A stretch of 64,000 bases of DNA, taken from Candidatus Marinacidobacterium sp. Its GTDB lineage: Bacteria; Acidobacteriota; Vicinamibacteria; Marinacidobacterales; Marinacidobacteraceae. Within the stretch, counting starts at the first letter, position 1. Every line of letters starts with the position of its first letter. Positions 1 to 9,500 of this stretch are shown in pieces. Both the position numbers and the translations under genes were made by a program. Under the pieces are notes generated by a model. That model was given only the letters and a program-made list of their open reading frames with translations. It was not told where the DNA came from and did no database searches. The stretch is from NCBI GenBank assembly GCA_965220965.1, contig OZ244852.1, forward strand, positions 1,408,001 through 1,472,000, given 5' to 3'.

Positions 1-6
1 CGGCTG

Positions 7-2718
7 GTGGCGATCCAGAACGGCGGCGCGATCCCGGAGACCGCCCAGTACCAGGTGGTCGCGGAACCCGACGACCGCGTCGTGGGCCAGCTCGACGAGG
101 ACTTCGCCATCGAGAGCCGCCGGGGCGACGTCTTCCTGCTCGGCACGACCTCCTGGCGGATCCGCCGGGTCGCCCAGGGTCAGGTGCGGGTCGAGGACGC
201 CGGAGGGGCCGCCCCGACGATCCCGTTCTGGCGCGGCGAGGCGCCGGGGCGCACTCCCGAGCTCAGCGCCCGGGTGGACGAGCTCCGGCGGTCGGTGGAC
301 GAGGCCCCGGCGGCGGAGGCGGCCGAAACCCTGAAGCGCTCGGGGCTCGACCCGCCGGGCGCCGATCAGATCGTCCGCTACCTCGCCGCCGGACGCGCCG
401 CGCTCGGCGCCATGCCGTCAGCGTCGACGGTCGTCGCCGAGCGCTTCTTCGACGAGTCGGGCGGCCAGCAGCTCGTCCTGCACGCCCCCTTCGGCAGCCG
501 CATCAACCGCGCCTGGGGCCTCGCGCTCCGCAAGCGCTTCTGCCGCTCGTTCAACGTCGAGCTCCAGGCGGCCGCGACGGACGACGGGATCGTGATCTCG
601 CTGACCGATCTCCACTCCTTCCCGCTCGAGTCGGTCTTCCGCTTCCTGAAGCCGCAGACGGTCGAATCGGTCCTTCGCCAGGCGGTCCTCGGGGTCCCGC
701 TGTTCGAGGTGCGCTGGCGCTGGACGGCGTCGCGCGCGCTCGCCGTCCCCCGCCGCCGCAGCGGCGAGAAAGTCCCCCCGCAGATCCAGCGGATGCTCGC
801 CGACGACCTGCTGGCCGCCGTCTTCCCGGACCAGGCGGCGTGCGCCGAGAACCTCGCCGGCGAGGTCCGCGTCCCGGACCACCCGCTGGTGAACGAGTCG
901 CTGCGCGACGCGCTGGACGACGCCCTCGATATCGCCGGCCTGAAGCGCGTTCTGGAGGGCATCGGAAGCGGGGCGATCCGCACGGTGGCGCGCGACACCC
1001 CCGAGCCGTCCCCGTTCGCCGCCGAGATCCTGAACTCCAATCCCTTCGCGTTCCTCGACCCGGCGCCGCTCGAGGAGCGCCGGTCGCGGGCGGTGCGCAT
1101 GCGGAGCGCGCTGCCGCCGTCGCTCGACGCCGAGGCGGTCCTCGATCCTGACGCCATCGCCCGCGCCAGCGAAGAGGCCGCGCCGCTGGTGCGCGACCCG
1201 GACGAACTGCACGACGCGCTCCTGTCGCTCGGCGCCGCGCCAGCGCGGCCCGGGTGGGAGGAGTGGTTCGCCGAACTCGAGGGCGCCGGGCGGGCGGCCC
1301 GCGGGGAGATCGGCGGGACCCGCCTGTGGGCCGCGGTGGAGCGCCTTCCCCTCGCCCGCCGGGTGTGGCCGGACGCCGGCTGGCCGGACGTTGCTTCCCC
1401 GGCGCCGGCGAAGCCGCTTCCCGAAGAGGACGCGTCCGCTGTCGCCGAAGTCGTCCGCGGCCTCCTCGACAGCTCCGGGCCGTGGACCGTCCCCGCCCTC
1501 GCCGGGCGGCTTCTCCTGCCCGAGGCCGACCTGGCGTCCGCGCTCGCCGCGCTGGAGGCGGAAGGGACGGTGGTCCAGGGGCGCTTCCGGGCCGGCGCGG
1601 AGACGCCCGAGTGGTGCCATCGCCGCGTCCTTGCCCGGATACACCGGCTGACGCTCGCCGGCCTGCGCCGCCAGTCGGCCCCGGTGAGCGTCGCGCGCTT
1701 CCTCGATTTCCTCGCCGGGTGGCAGCACGCCGCGCCGGGCGCCGCGCTCCACGGGCCGCGCGGGGTCCGCCAGGTCATCGCCCAGCTCCAGGGCATCGAG
1801 GCGCCGGCCGCCGCCTGGGAGGCGCGGATCCTCCCCCTGCGGGTCCGGGGTTACCGGCGGGACTGGCTGGACCAGAACTGTCTCGCCGGGGAGGTCGTCT
1901 GGGCCCGGGTCTCGACGCCGGCGCCCTCGGAGTCTCCCGGCGCGGCGCGGCTCACCCGGGGCGCCCCGATGAGCCTGCTGCTGCGGAGCGATCTGGATCT
2001 CTGGCTGACGCTTCGGCCCGCCGGCGACGCCAACCTGTCGGCGGCCGCCCGCACCGTCCTCGACCAGCTCGAAGCGCGTGGGGCGCAGTTCTTCGCCGAG
2101 CTCCAGCGGGCCTCCGGCCTGCTGCCTTCCGCGCTCGAGGACGCGCTGTGGGAACTCGCCGCGGCGGGCCAGGTGACGAGCGACGGTTTCGACAACCTGC
2201 GCGCGCTGATGGATCCGCGCCGCCGCTCGGCCGTCGGGCGCCACCGCCGCGCCCGGGCGCGCTACGGCGCGGGGCGCTGGGTGCGGCTGACCGCGCCGGA
2301 CCCTCCCGAACCGGAGGCGGCGGACGAGGCCCTCGCCCGGCAGCTCCTCGAGCGCTGGGGCGTGGTCTTCCGCGATCTCCTGAAGCGGGAGCGGCTGGAG
2401 CGCCGCTGGCGCCGCCTGCAGCTCGTCCTCCGCCGGCTGGAGATGCGGGGCGAAGTCCTCGGCGGACGGTTCGTCTCCGCCTTCGCCGGGGAGCAGTTCG
2501 CGCTGGCCGGGGCGATCGAGGCGCTCCGCCGGACGCGCCGCGCGGGCGAAGACAACGGCGCGGCGTCCGATCTGATCCTTGGTCCCGGGGACCCGCTGAA
2601 CCTCTCGGGGATCCTGACGCCCGGCCCGCGCACCCCGGTGACCGCGAGCGGCGGGCTGCGCCTCCACGCCGGCGTGTTCACCGCAACCGATTCCCGCGCC
2701 CCCGCCCGTGCCCGCTGA
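7..2718 (+). CDS. lhr: Lhr-like DEAD/DEAH-box helicase, C-terminal part (5' end lies outside the window)
   Basis: Lhr-typical motifs GGAIPE, LDEDFAIES, PTIPFWRGEAPGR, ERFFDESGG, HAPFGSRINRAWG, and LLERWGVVFR in the C-terminal HTH region. The ORF is open at the window edge. Confidence 0.9.
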   Translation: MAIQNGGAIPETAQYQVVAEPDDRVVGQLDEDFAIESRRGDVFLLGTTSWRIRRVAQGQVRVEDAGGAAPTIPFWRGEAPGRTPELSARVDELRRSVDEAPAAEAAETLKRSGLDPPGADQIVRYLAAGRAALGAMPSASTVVAERFFDESGGQQLVLHAPFGSRINRAWGLALRKRFCRSFNVELQAAATDDGIVISLTDLHSFPLESVFRFLKPQTVESVLRQAVLGVPLFEVRWRWTASRALAVPRRRSGEKVPPQIQRMLADDLLAAVFPDQAACAENLAGEVRVPDHPLVNESLRDALDDALDIAGLKRVLEGIGSGAIRTVARDTPEPSPFAAEILNSNPFAFLDPAPLEERRSRAVRMRSALPPSLDAEAVLDPDAIARASEEAAPLVRDPDELHDALLSLGAAPARPGWEEWFAELEGAGRAARGEIGGTRLWAAVERLPLARRVWPDAGWPDVASPAPAKPLPEEDASAVAEVVRGLLDSSGPWTVPALAGRLLLPEADLASALAALEAEGTVVQGRFRAGAETPEWCHRRVLARIHRLTLAGLRRQSAPVSVARFLDFLAGWQHAAPGAALHGPRGVRQVIAQLQGIEAPAAAWEARILPLRVRGYRRDWLDQNCLAGEVVWARVSTPAPSESPGAARLTRGAPMSLLLRSDLDLWLTLRPAGDANLSAAARTVLDQLEARGAQFFAELQRASGLLPSALEDALWELAAAGQVTSDGFDNLRALMDPRRRSAVGRHRRARARYGAGRWVRLTAPDPPEPEAADEALARQLLERWGVVFRDLLKRERLERRWRRLQLVLRRLEMRGEVLGGRFVSAFAGEQFALAGAIEALRRTRRAGEDNGAASDLILGPGDPLNLSGILTPGPRTPVTASGGLRLHAGVFTATDSRAPARAR

Positions 2719-3898
2719 GGCGCTCGCCGCCGCGGCCGGCGACGGCTTCCGCGCGCGGTTCGGGGAGGACCCGGCGGGCGTCGCCTTCGCGCCCGGGCGG
2801 GTGAACCTCATCGGGGAGCATGTGGACTACTGCGGGCTCCCGGTCCTGCCGGCGGCGCTGCCCCAGGGCCTCGCGCTCGCGTTCCGGCCAAGGACCGACG
2901 ACCGGGTGGTCTGCTGGTCCGACCTGGACCCCGCGGCGAGCGCCGACTTCCGCTTCGGCGAGGGCCGACCGGACGGATTCGGGCGCTATCTCTACGCCGC
3001 CGGCGCCGCCGTCCGGGAACTCGGCTCCGTCGCCGGCCCGGCGGGCTTCGACGGCCACCTCGCCTCCGATCTGCCCGCGGCCGCCGGGCTCTCCTCCTCT
3101 TCGGCGCTGGTGGTGGCGGCGGCCCTCGCGATCCTCGACGCGAACGATGCTCCCCGACCCGACCGGCGCCGGCTCGCCCTCGAGCTCGCGCGCGCCGAGC
3201 GGTCGGTCGCGATCCAGGGCGGCGCGATGGACCAGTCGGTGATCCTCGGCGCCGTCCCCGGCCACGCGCTCCACATCGCGTTCGAACCCTCGCGCTGGAG
3301 TCCGGTTCCGGTCGACGCCGAGCGGTTCGCCTTCCTCGCGGTCTTCACCGGGCGGCGCGCCGAAAAGGGCGGCGCCGCCGGTGAGGTCTTCGACGGGAGG
3401 GTCCGCGAAGCGAACGCCGCGCTCGCCGGCCTCCAGGAGCTCCTCTCCGACCCCGCCCCCTGGAGCGTTCTGCTGGCCAGACGCCGGTTCGCCGACCTGC
3501 TCGCCGCCGCCGGCGATCTCCCCTCCCCCCTCGACCGCCGCGCCCGCCACATCCTCACCGAGGCGCGGCGCACGAGCGAAGCGGTCGAGGCGCTCGGCGG
3601 CGGAGACGCCGGGCGTCTCGGCGCGCTGCTGGACGCCTCCCACGAGTCGCTCCGCCGCGACTACCAGGTGAGCGCGCCCGAGCTCGACGGTCTGGTCGCG
3701 GCGGCGCGCGAACACGGCGCGCTCGGCGCGCGGCTCACCGGGGCCGGGCTCGGCGGCTCGGCGGTCGTCCTGACGACGCCTGCGCAGGCCCCCGCCGTCG
3801 CCGGGGCGCTCCGCGAGCGCTACCCGGCGGTTCTGAAGGCGACGCCGTCAGCCCCCGCGCGGCTCATCGGATCGCCCTCGTCCCGTCCCGGCGCCTGA
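2708..3898 (+). CDS. galK: Galactokinase (GHMP kinase)
   Basis: APGRVNLIGEHVDY, PAAAGLSSSSA, GAMDQ and GARLTGAGLGG motifs; overlaps the lhr stop. Confidence 0.88.
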   Translation: MPAEALAAAAGDGFRARFGEDPAGVAFAPGRVNLIGEHVDYCGLPVLPAALPQGLALAFRPRTDDRVVCWSDLDPAASADFRFGEGRPDGFGRYLYAAGAAVRELGSVAGPAGFDGHLASDLPAAAGLSSSSALVVAAALAILDANDAPRPDRRRLALELARAERSVAIQGGAMDQSVILGAVPGHALHIAFEPSRWSPVPVDAERFAFLAVFTGRRAEKGGAAGEVFDGRVREANAALAGLQELLSDPAPWSVLLARRRFADLLAAAGDLPSPLDRRARHILTEARRTSEAVEALGGGDAGRLGALLDASHESLRRDYQVSAPELDGLVAAAREHGALGARLTGAGLGGSAVVLTTPAQAPAVAGALRERYPAVLKATPSAPARLIGSPSSRPGA

Positions 3899-3912
3899 GG
3901 GCCGGGACGGGA
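3881..3912. terminator. GC-rich hairpin between convergent genes
   Basis: 12-bp stem TCCCGTCCCGGC/GCCGGGACGGGA; no U-tract. Confidence 0.45.
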
Positions 3913-3925
3913 GAATCGGCGACCG

Positions 3926-5959
3926 CTACTGCTGCGGAAGCGCGAGCGCGGTGTAGGACTCGGGGAACTGGCCGCGGCGGCCGGTCTGGATCACGATGAA
4001 CTGCCGCCCGTCGTGGCGGTAGGTCATCATGCCGTACATCCCGATCGCCGGAAGGTCGATGCTTCCGACCTTCTCGCCGGTGCGCTTGTCGTGCGCGTTC
4101 AGGACGGCCGGCCCGCCCATGCCCTCGGTGGTGAGCAGGAGATCGCCGCTGACCATCAGGATGGCGCGGCCCTGCCCGCCGGTCATGGACAGATCCACTC
4201 CCTCGAGCGCCGGGTGGTTCTTGATCCGGTCGTTGGCCTCGCCGACCGGGACCCACCAGAGGTGCTCGCCGGTGTTCATGTCGATCGCGGTCACCCGGCT
4301 CCACGGCGGCCGGTAGATCGGCAGCCCGTCGGGACCGGGAACGCCCACGGTGCGGTAGTTCACCCAGTCGGCCACCGTCTCGCCGATCGTGGTGCACTTG
4401 CCGGTGGGCGAGGTGCAGTCGTGGACCGGCTGGTCGGCGTCGACGCCCGGCTGGACGATCCGGCCCGAGCAGTTCGGTCCGGAGGACTGGTAGAGGATCC
4501 CGCTCTCCGGGTCCATCGCCGCCGGATGGGTGATGTTCACCCCGGAGGTGCTGCCGCAGGCGATCCAGCCCTTGTCTTCGTCATGGCCCTTGGGGACCGG
4601 CGGCATGTAGGGGCCGCCGACGCGGTACTCGCTCACGATGGCCTTGGCCTTCTCGTGGATTTCCGGGGTCAGGTTGTTCAGGTGTTCGTCGCTCAGGTCG
4701 AGCGGCTCGGTCGGCAGCGGAACCGTCGGGAACGGCTGGGTCGGCGACAGCTTCTCGCCCGGGACGGTGGACTGCGGCACCGGCCGCTCCTCGATCGGCC
4801 AGACCGGCTCGCCGGTCTCGCGGTTGAACGCGAAGGTGAGGCCCTGCTTCGTCGTCTGGATGGCCATCGGCACCTGCTCGCCGTTCACCGTGACATCGGC
4901 GAGGATCGGGATGTTCGGCAGGTCGTAGTTCCAGATCGGGTGGTGGGTCGTCTGGAAGTGCCACACCCGCTCCCCGGTGTCGGCGTTCAGCGCGATGACG
5001 CTGGTCCCGAAGAGGTTGTCGCCGGGCCGGAATCCGCCGTAGAAGTCGATCGTCGGCGCGTTCGTCGGGATGTAGACGATCCCCCGGTCGAGGTCCGCGG
5101 AGAGCGGCGCCCACGAGGACACGTCGCCGGTCCACCGCCAGGCGTCGTTCTCCCAGGTGTCCATGCCGAACTCGTCTTCCGACTGCGGGATCACGTGGAA
5201 CTTCCACTTGTGCTCGCCGGTGCGGGCGTCATACGCGAGGATGTCGCCGGGGACGTTCTCGATCCGCGTCTGGTGGTAGCCCTGCGCGTGGGAGTTCCCC
5301 ACGACCACCGTCCCGTTCACCACGATCGGGGGTGAGGAGCTCGTGATGTAGCCGACCGTCGGAGGGAGGCCCTCGTAGGGGTCGTAGTTATGCCCCATGT
5401 CCGCCAGCAGGTCCACGACGCCGGTGTCCGGGAACCCGGGGATGTCCACCTTCTTGCCGAAGCCTTCGAGGTGGCGGCCGGTCTCGCCGTCGAGCGCGTG
5501 CAGGAAGAACCCCGGGCTGATGACGTAGATCACGAGCCGCCCGTCCACGTGCGCGTAGCCGACGCCCTTGCCGTAGCTCGACCGCATCGACTCCTCGAAC
5601 CGCCGGGTGTGCGGTTCGGCGTAGGTCCACAGCGTCTCCCCGGTCTTGGGGTCGATCGCGACGACCGTCCGGCGGTACCCCACGACGGTGAACAGCTTCC
5701 CGTCGATGTAGCTCGGAGTCGACTTCGACAGGTAGCTGGGCTTGGGGCCGTAGTTGTCGCCCCGCCAGATCCACGCGACCTCGAGGTCGTTGAAGTTCTC
5801 CGCGTTCACCTGGTCGAGCGGCGAGTAGCGGGTGCCCCAGGCGTCCCCGCTCTGGTAGCGCCATTCACCTTCGGGCTGGTCCCGGTTCTGGGCCAGCGCA
5901 CTGCCCGCGACCAGCATCGCGAGGATCAGGACAGCGTGTTTGCGGAACTTCATCTGCAT
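3926..5959 (-). CDS. Secreted PQQ-dependent dehydrogenase (quinoprotein glucose dehydrogenase-like beta-propeller)
   Basis: Signal peptide; TRYSPLDQVN, repeated DxxTGxxxW propeller motifs, and WHFQTTHHPIWNYD. Confidence 0.88.
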   Translation of the reverse strand: MQMKFRKHAVLILAMLVAGSALAQNRDQPEGEWRYQSGDAWGTRYSPLDQVNAENFNDLEVAWIWRGDNYGPKPSYLSKSTPSYIDGKLFTVVGYRRTVVAIDPKTGETLWTYAEPHTRRFEESMRSSYGKGVGYAHVDGRLVIYVISPGFFLHALDGETGRHLEGFGKKVDIPGFPDTGVVDLLADMGHNYDPYEGLPPTVGYITSSSPPIVVNGTVVVGNSHAQGYHQTRIENVPGDILAYDARTGEHKWKFHVIPQSEDEFGMDTWENDAWRWTGDVSSWAPLSADLDRGIVYIPTNAPTIDFYGGFRPGDNLFGTSVIALNADTGERVWHFQTTHHPIWNYDLPNIPILADVTVNGEQVPMAIQTTKQGLTFAFNRETGEPVWPIEERPVPQSTVPGEKLSPTQPFPTVPLPTEPLDLSDEHLNNLTPEIHEKAKAIVSEYRVGGPYMPPVPKGHDEDKGWIACGSTSGVNITHPAAMDPESGILYQSSGPNCSGRIVQPGVDADQPVHDCTSPTGKCTTIGETVADWVNYRTVGVPGPDGLPIYRPPWSRVTAIDMNTGEHLWWVPVGEANDRIKNHPALEGVDLSMTGGQGRAILMVSGDLLLTTEGMGGPAVLNAHDKRTGEKVGSIDLPAIGMYGMMTYRHDGRQFIVIQTGRRGQFPESYTALALPQQ

Positions 5960-6037
5960 CCCTCCCGGGGTTGAACGTGCAACCCGTGGATTTTACGGCG
6001 TCCGGCCACGGCCTCGTCCGCCCCCCGCCGGTTCCGC

Positions 6038-8113
6038 TCAGCGCAGGACCCGGAGCAGGTTCGAGTAGTCGTCGGTCCAGCGGTGGCCCGGCCCCGGTTC
6101 GACCGCGTCCCCCGACCACGGCTCGGCCCTCCCCAGCACCGCCGGATCGGTGATGAAGTCGCCGTTCCGGGTGAGCAGCACCCACGTCGCGGTGTACCGC
6201 AGGGCCTCGAGATCCGGCTCGCTCACGGTGAGCAGCGAGAGCAGGTCCAGCCGGAGCGCGTGCGCCCGCACCACCGGCGCGAGGTCCACGTGCCGGTTCG
6301 AGATGTGGACCGCCAGGACGCCGCCCGGCGCGAGGCGCTCCACGTAGAGGTCGAACGCCTCCGCGGTCAGGAGGTGCACCGGGATCGCGTCCCCGGAGAA
6401 GGCGTCCAGCACGAGCAGGTCCCAGCCCGGCTCGCCGCGCTCCGCCTCGCGGGCGAGGCTCAGGCGGCCGTCGCCGTGGACGACGTCCACCTCGGCCGGC
6501 GTGTCCTCGAGGTAGGTGAAGTAGTCGCGGGCGAACCCGGTCACCTGCGGGTCGATCTCGTAGAATCGGAAGTGGTCGCCGCGCTCGCCGTGCACCGCGA
6601 GCGACCCGGCGCCGAGCCCCACGACCCCGACGCGCAGCGGCAGACCGCCGACCCGGTTGGGATGGCGCGTCACCGCGGCGGCGATGCCGGTCCCGTCGTA
6701 GTAGTAGAGAGTGGGCTCCCGCCGCCGGTGGGGGGCGAGGTACTGCGAGCCGTGGCCGATGCCGCCGTGCCAGATGTCGCGGCGCCAGTCCGGCGTTCCC
6801 GGATACGCCTCCATGACCCGCACGACGCCGAAGAAGTTCCGCCCGGAGGCGAGCGGGCGGCGGTGCTCGAGCGCGGTCACCGCCAGCGCGAAGCCGAGCG
6901 TCCCGGCGAGCGCCGCCTTCATGACGTAGCCCGGCCGCCCCCGGGCGAAGAGCGCCGCCGCGGGCGCGAGGAACAGCGCCAGCGGGTACTCCCAGACGTT
7001 CGGGAACGCGAGCGGGCTCAGGAGCGAAGCCGTCAGGCCTCCCACCGCGCCGCCGGCGGTCACCGAGAGGTAGAAGCCGGTGAGGCGCGACGGATCCGGC
7101 TTCCTGGCGGCCACCTCGCCGTGAAGCGCCCAGCAGGCGGTGAACAGGAACGCGGTAGCCACCAGCGCGTGGGCCACCGGCGCGCGCTCCAGCCCGTAGG
7201 TGATGTCCTGGAACCAGACGCCCAGGCAGGCGAGCGCCGAGAGCACGGCGAGCGCGGGGACGACGCGCTGCGGATAGGGCGACCCGCCCCGGAAGGCGAG
7301 GATGAACGTGAGCAGGTAGACGGCGAGGGGAGCGGTCCACAGGAAGGGCGCGGCGGCCACGTCGCGGGTCAGGTGGGTCGTGACCGCAACCAGAACGAGC
7401 GACCCGACCGCGGCCAGCCCGGCGGGAACCGGGTGGAACCCGCCCGCCGCGCGGAGCGCGGGCTGGTCTCCCGCGGCCCTCCGCAGCGTGAGCGCCCCGG
7501 CGAAGACCGAGACCAGCGCGTACGCGAGGAAGGCGCCCCCCCACCAGCGGCCCTGCTGCGCCAGCCCGGTGAACGGCTCGAGCACCAGCGGGTAGAGCCC
7601 GAGGCCGAGCAGCGAGCCGGCGTTCGAGAGCGCGTAGAGCCGGTAGACGCCGGGGTCCGACCCGGCGGCCCCGGCGGCCCTCCCGCGGGCCGCGGCGACC
7701 CAGGCGGAGAGCAGCGGCGTGGTCGCGGCGACGACCACCACCGGGACGCCGCAGGAGACGAGCAGCGTCAGCAGGATCCGCCCGGCGGGGACTTCGCTTC
7801 CGGTCGGAGTCCACGCCGCTCCGGCGAGCGGCGGAAGCGATACGAGCGCCGCCACCAGGAACGCGGCGTGGACGAACCGCTGGCGCCGCGGTCGGAGGCG
7901 CGTCACCAGCAGGTGCGCCCCCAGGTAGCCGAGGAGGAGCGCGCTCTGGAAGAAGAACAGCGCCACCGCCCAGACCATCGGGGCGCCCCCGTACCAGGCG
8001 AGAAGCGGCTTCGCCGCCATCGGCTGCACCACGAACAGCAGCGCCGCCCCCAGGAACACCCCCGCGCCGGCGAGCGCCACTCCGGCGGAGGGCGACGCGG
8101 CGCTTCGGTCCAT
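6038..8113 (-). CDS. Fused membrane domain/spermidine synthase-like SAM-dependent methyltransferase
   Basis: Multi-TM N-terminus with LYALSNAGSLLGL; C-terminal VVGLGAGSL, YEIDP, GDGRLSL, LDAFSGD and WTDDYSNL. Confidence 0.85.
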   Translation of the reverse strand: MDRSAASPSAGVALAGAGVFLGAALLFVVQPMAAKPLLAWYGGAPMVWAVALFFFQSALLLGYLGAHLLVTRLRPRRQRFVHAAFLVAALVSLPPLAGAAWTPTGSEVPAGRILLTLLVSCGVPVVVVAATTPLLSAWVAAARGRAAGAAGSDPGVYRLYALSNAGSLLGLGLYPLVLEPFTGLAQQGRWWGGAFLAYALVSVFAGALTLRRAAGDQPALRAAGGFHPVPAGLAAVGSLVLVAVTTHLTRDVAAAPFLWTAPLAVYLLTFILAFRGGSPYPQRVVPALAVLSALACLGVWFQDITYGLERAPVAHALVATAFLFTACWALHGEVAARKPDPSRLTGFYLSVTAGGAVGGLTASLLSPLAFPNVWEYPLALFLAPAAALFARGRPGYVMKAALAGTLGFALAVTALEHRRPLASGRNFFGVVRVMEAYPGTPDWRRDIWHGGIGHGSQYLAPHRRREPTLYYYDGTGIAAAVTRHPNRVGGLPLRVGVVGLGAGSLAVHGERGDHFRFYEIDPQVTGFARDYFTYLEDTPAEVDVVHGDGRLSLAREAERGEPGWDLLVLDAFSGDAIPVHLLTAEAFDLYVERLAPGGVLAVHISNRHVDLAPVVRAHALRLDLLSLLTVSEPDLEALRYTATWVLLTRNGDFITDPAVLGRAEPWSGDAVEPGPGHRWTDDYSNLLRVLR

Positions 8114-8144
8114 GAGTGGGGACGGCTAGGATACGGAATTCGTC

Positions 8145-8729
8145 ATGTCGAAACGCCGTCCCTCCGTCTCTTCGAACAAGACCCGCCGGGCCGATCCCGC
8201 GACCCGGACCGACGCTGCGCCCGAGCCGACGCCGGATCGGGGCGGGCGCTCCGGCTGGCTGCCCTACCTCGCGGTGGGGGTGCTGGTGATCGGCGCGGTC
8301 GTGTTCCTCTTCGCGGTTCTCGAGGACACCACGGTCGAGAGTTCCGCTTCCGCCGCGGTCGCCGCCGCGCAGACGCAGCCGGCGTCGGCGAAGCCGTTCC
8401 CGTACTACGACACGGTCGAGGAGGCGCGCCCGTTCCCGGTGACTCTCCCGGCGAGCACCTACCAGAACGAGACGCTCCAGAAGGCGTATCAGATCGCGAA
8501 GGACATTCCGGAGATCCTCGTCCAGGTGCCCTGTCTCTGCGGCTGCCACGGGGTCCAGACGGACCACGGCAGCCTGCTCGACTGCTACGTGGACGACCAC
8601 GCCGCCACTTGAGCCACCTGCCTCCAGGAAGTCTTCCTGGCCCAGCAGATGACCGATGAAGGCGCAACCCCGGCCGAAATCCGCGAGGCCGTAGCGAACC
8701 ACGAGTTCGTCGATATCGAGCTCCGGTAA
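8145..8729 (+). CDS. PCYCGC/CYCXC-type membrane-anchored selenoprotein, 194 aa with Sec at UGA 8610-8612
   Basis: PCLCGC and HGSLLDCY motifs. The frame continues past TGA as DHAAT-U-ATCLQE...TPAEIREAV to TAA at 8727-8729. TGA sits where the first Cys of a CxxC is expected, and a SECIS-like hairpin follows. Confidence 0.85.
8624..8640 (+). promoter_or_regulatory. Bacterial SECIS element (upper stem-loop)
   Basis: 17-nt hairpin CCAGGAAGUCUUCCUGG with apical GU, separated from the UGA by exactly 11 nt. Confidence 0.8.
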
Positions 8730-8958
8730 CCGGCCCCGCCCGGCCGGTTCGACCTTGCGGTGAGCCGCGGGGGGAGCAGCCTCCTCGGTTGCGGCTGCTT
8801 TGTCCTGCTGTGTCTGCTCGTCGGATCCTGCGTGTTCCTGAGTTGCTGATCGCGGGAACCCGCCGGCCGCCAAGGCAACGCGGATCCCGAATCTCCTACA
8901 ATTCCGGGCCCACTCCCGGGCCCGTCAGGGCCCCACCCCGCCCGCAGGAGGACCCGCC

Positions 8959-9456
8959 ATGCGCCGGACCGTTTTCGCGACCCTCGCCCTTCTCGCCATC
9001 GCGGCGCTCGCCGCCGGCCACCCGCACTTCAACAAGACCGTCTCGACGACCGTCGGCGAGGTCGAAGTGTCGATCAGCTACAACTCGACCGACGCCAACA
9101 TGGAGCGCGTCGCCGCCGTCGAGGCGGGCGCCTTCGTGAGCCCGCGCGGACCCCGCCTGAACCTCTCCGGCGACATGATGGCCGGGGACATGTCGATCGC
9201 CGCCGGCGAATACGTCATCGGCGTGATCCGGGGCGACGACGGGATGTGGACCATGGCCCTCCACGAGGGCGCCATCCCGCGCGGCGAGGCGCCTGACATG
9301 AGCAAGGTCATGAAGCTGGACTCCCGCTACTCCGAGGACATGGGGACCGCCGACCACATGCTGATCGACATCACCGCGGGCTCCGGCGACTTCGCCGGCC
9401 GGCCGGTGCTGACGATCCACTTCGGCGGGATGCACCTGCAGGCCGCCATCGGCTAG
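8959..9456 (+). CDS. Secreted hypothetical protein, DUF2911-like
   Basis: AGGAGG SD, signal peptide, a VSISY segment and IAAGEYVI resembling DUF2911. Confidence 0.55.
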   Translation: MRRTVFATLALLAIAALAAGHPHFNKTVSTTVGEVEVSISYNSTDANMERVAAVEAGAFVSPRGPRLNLSGDMMAGDMSIAAGEYVIGVIRGDDGMWTMALHEGAIPRGEAPDMSKVMKLDSRYSEDMGTADHMLIDITAGSGDFAGRPVLTIHFGGMHLQAAIG

Positions 9457-9472
9457 CCCGGAAGCGAACGCC

Positions 9473-9494
9473 CCCGGCTTCCGCGGAAGCCGGG
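9473..9494. terminator. Perfect 22-bp palindrome between convergent genes
   Basis: CCCGGCTTCCGCGGAAGCCGGG. Confidence 0.45.
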
Positions 9495-9500
9495 AAGCGC

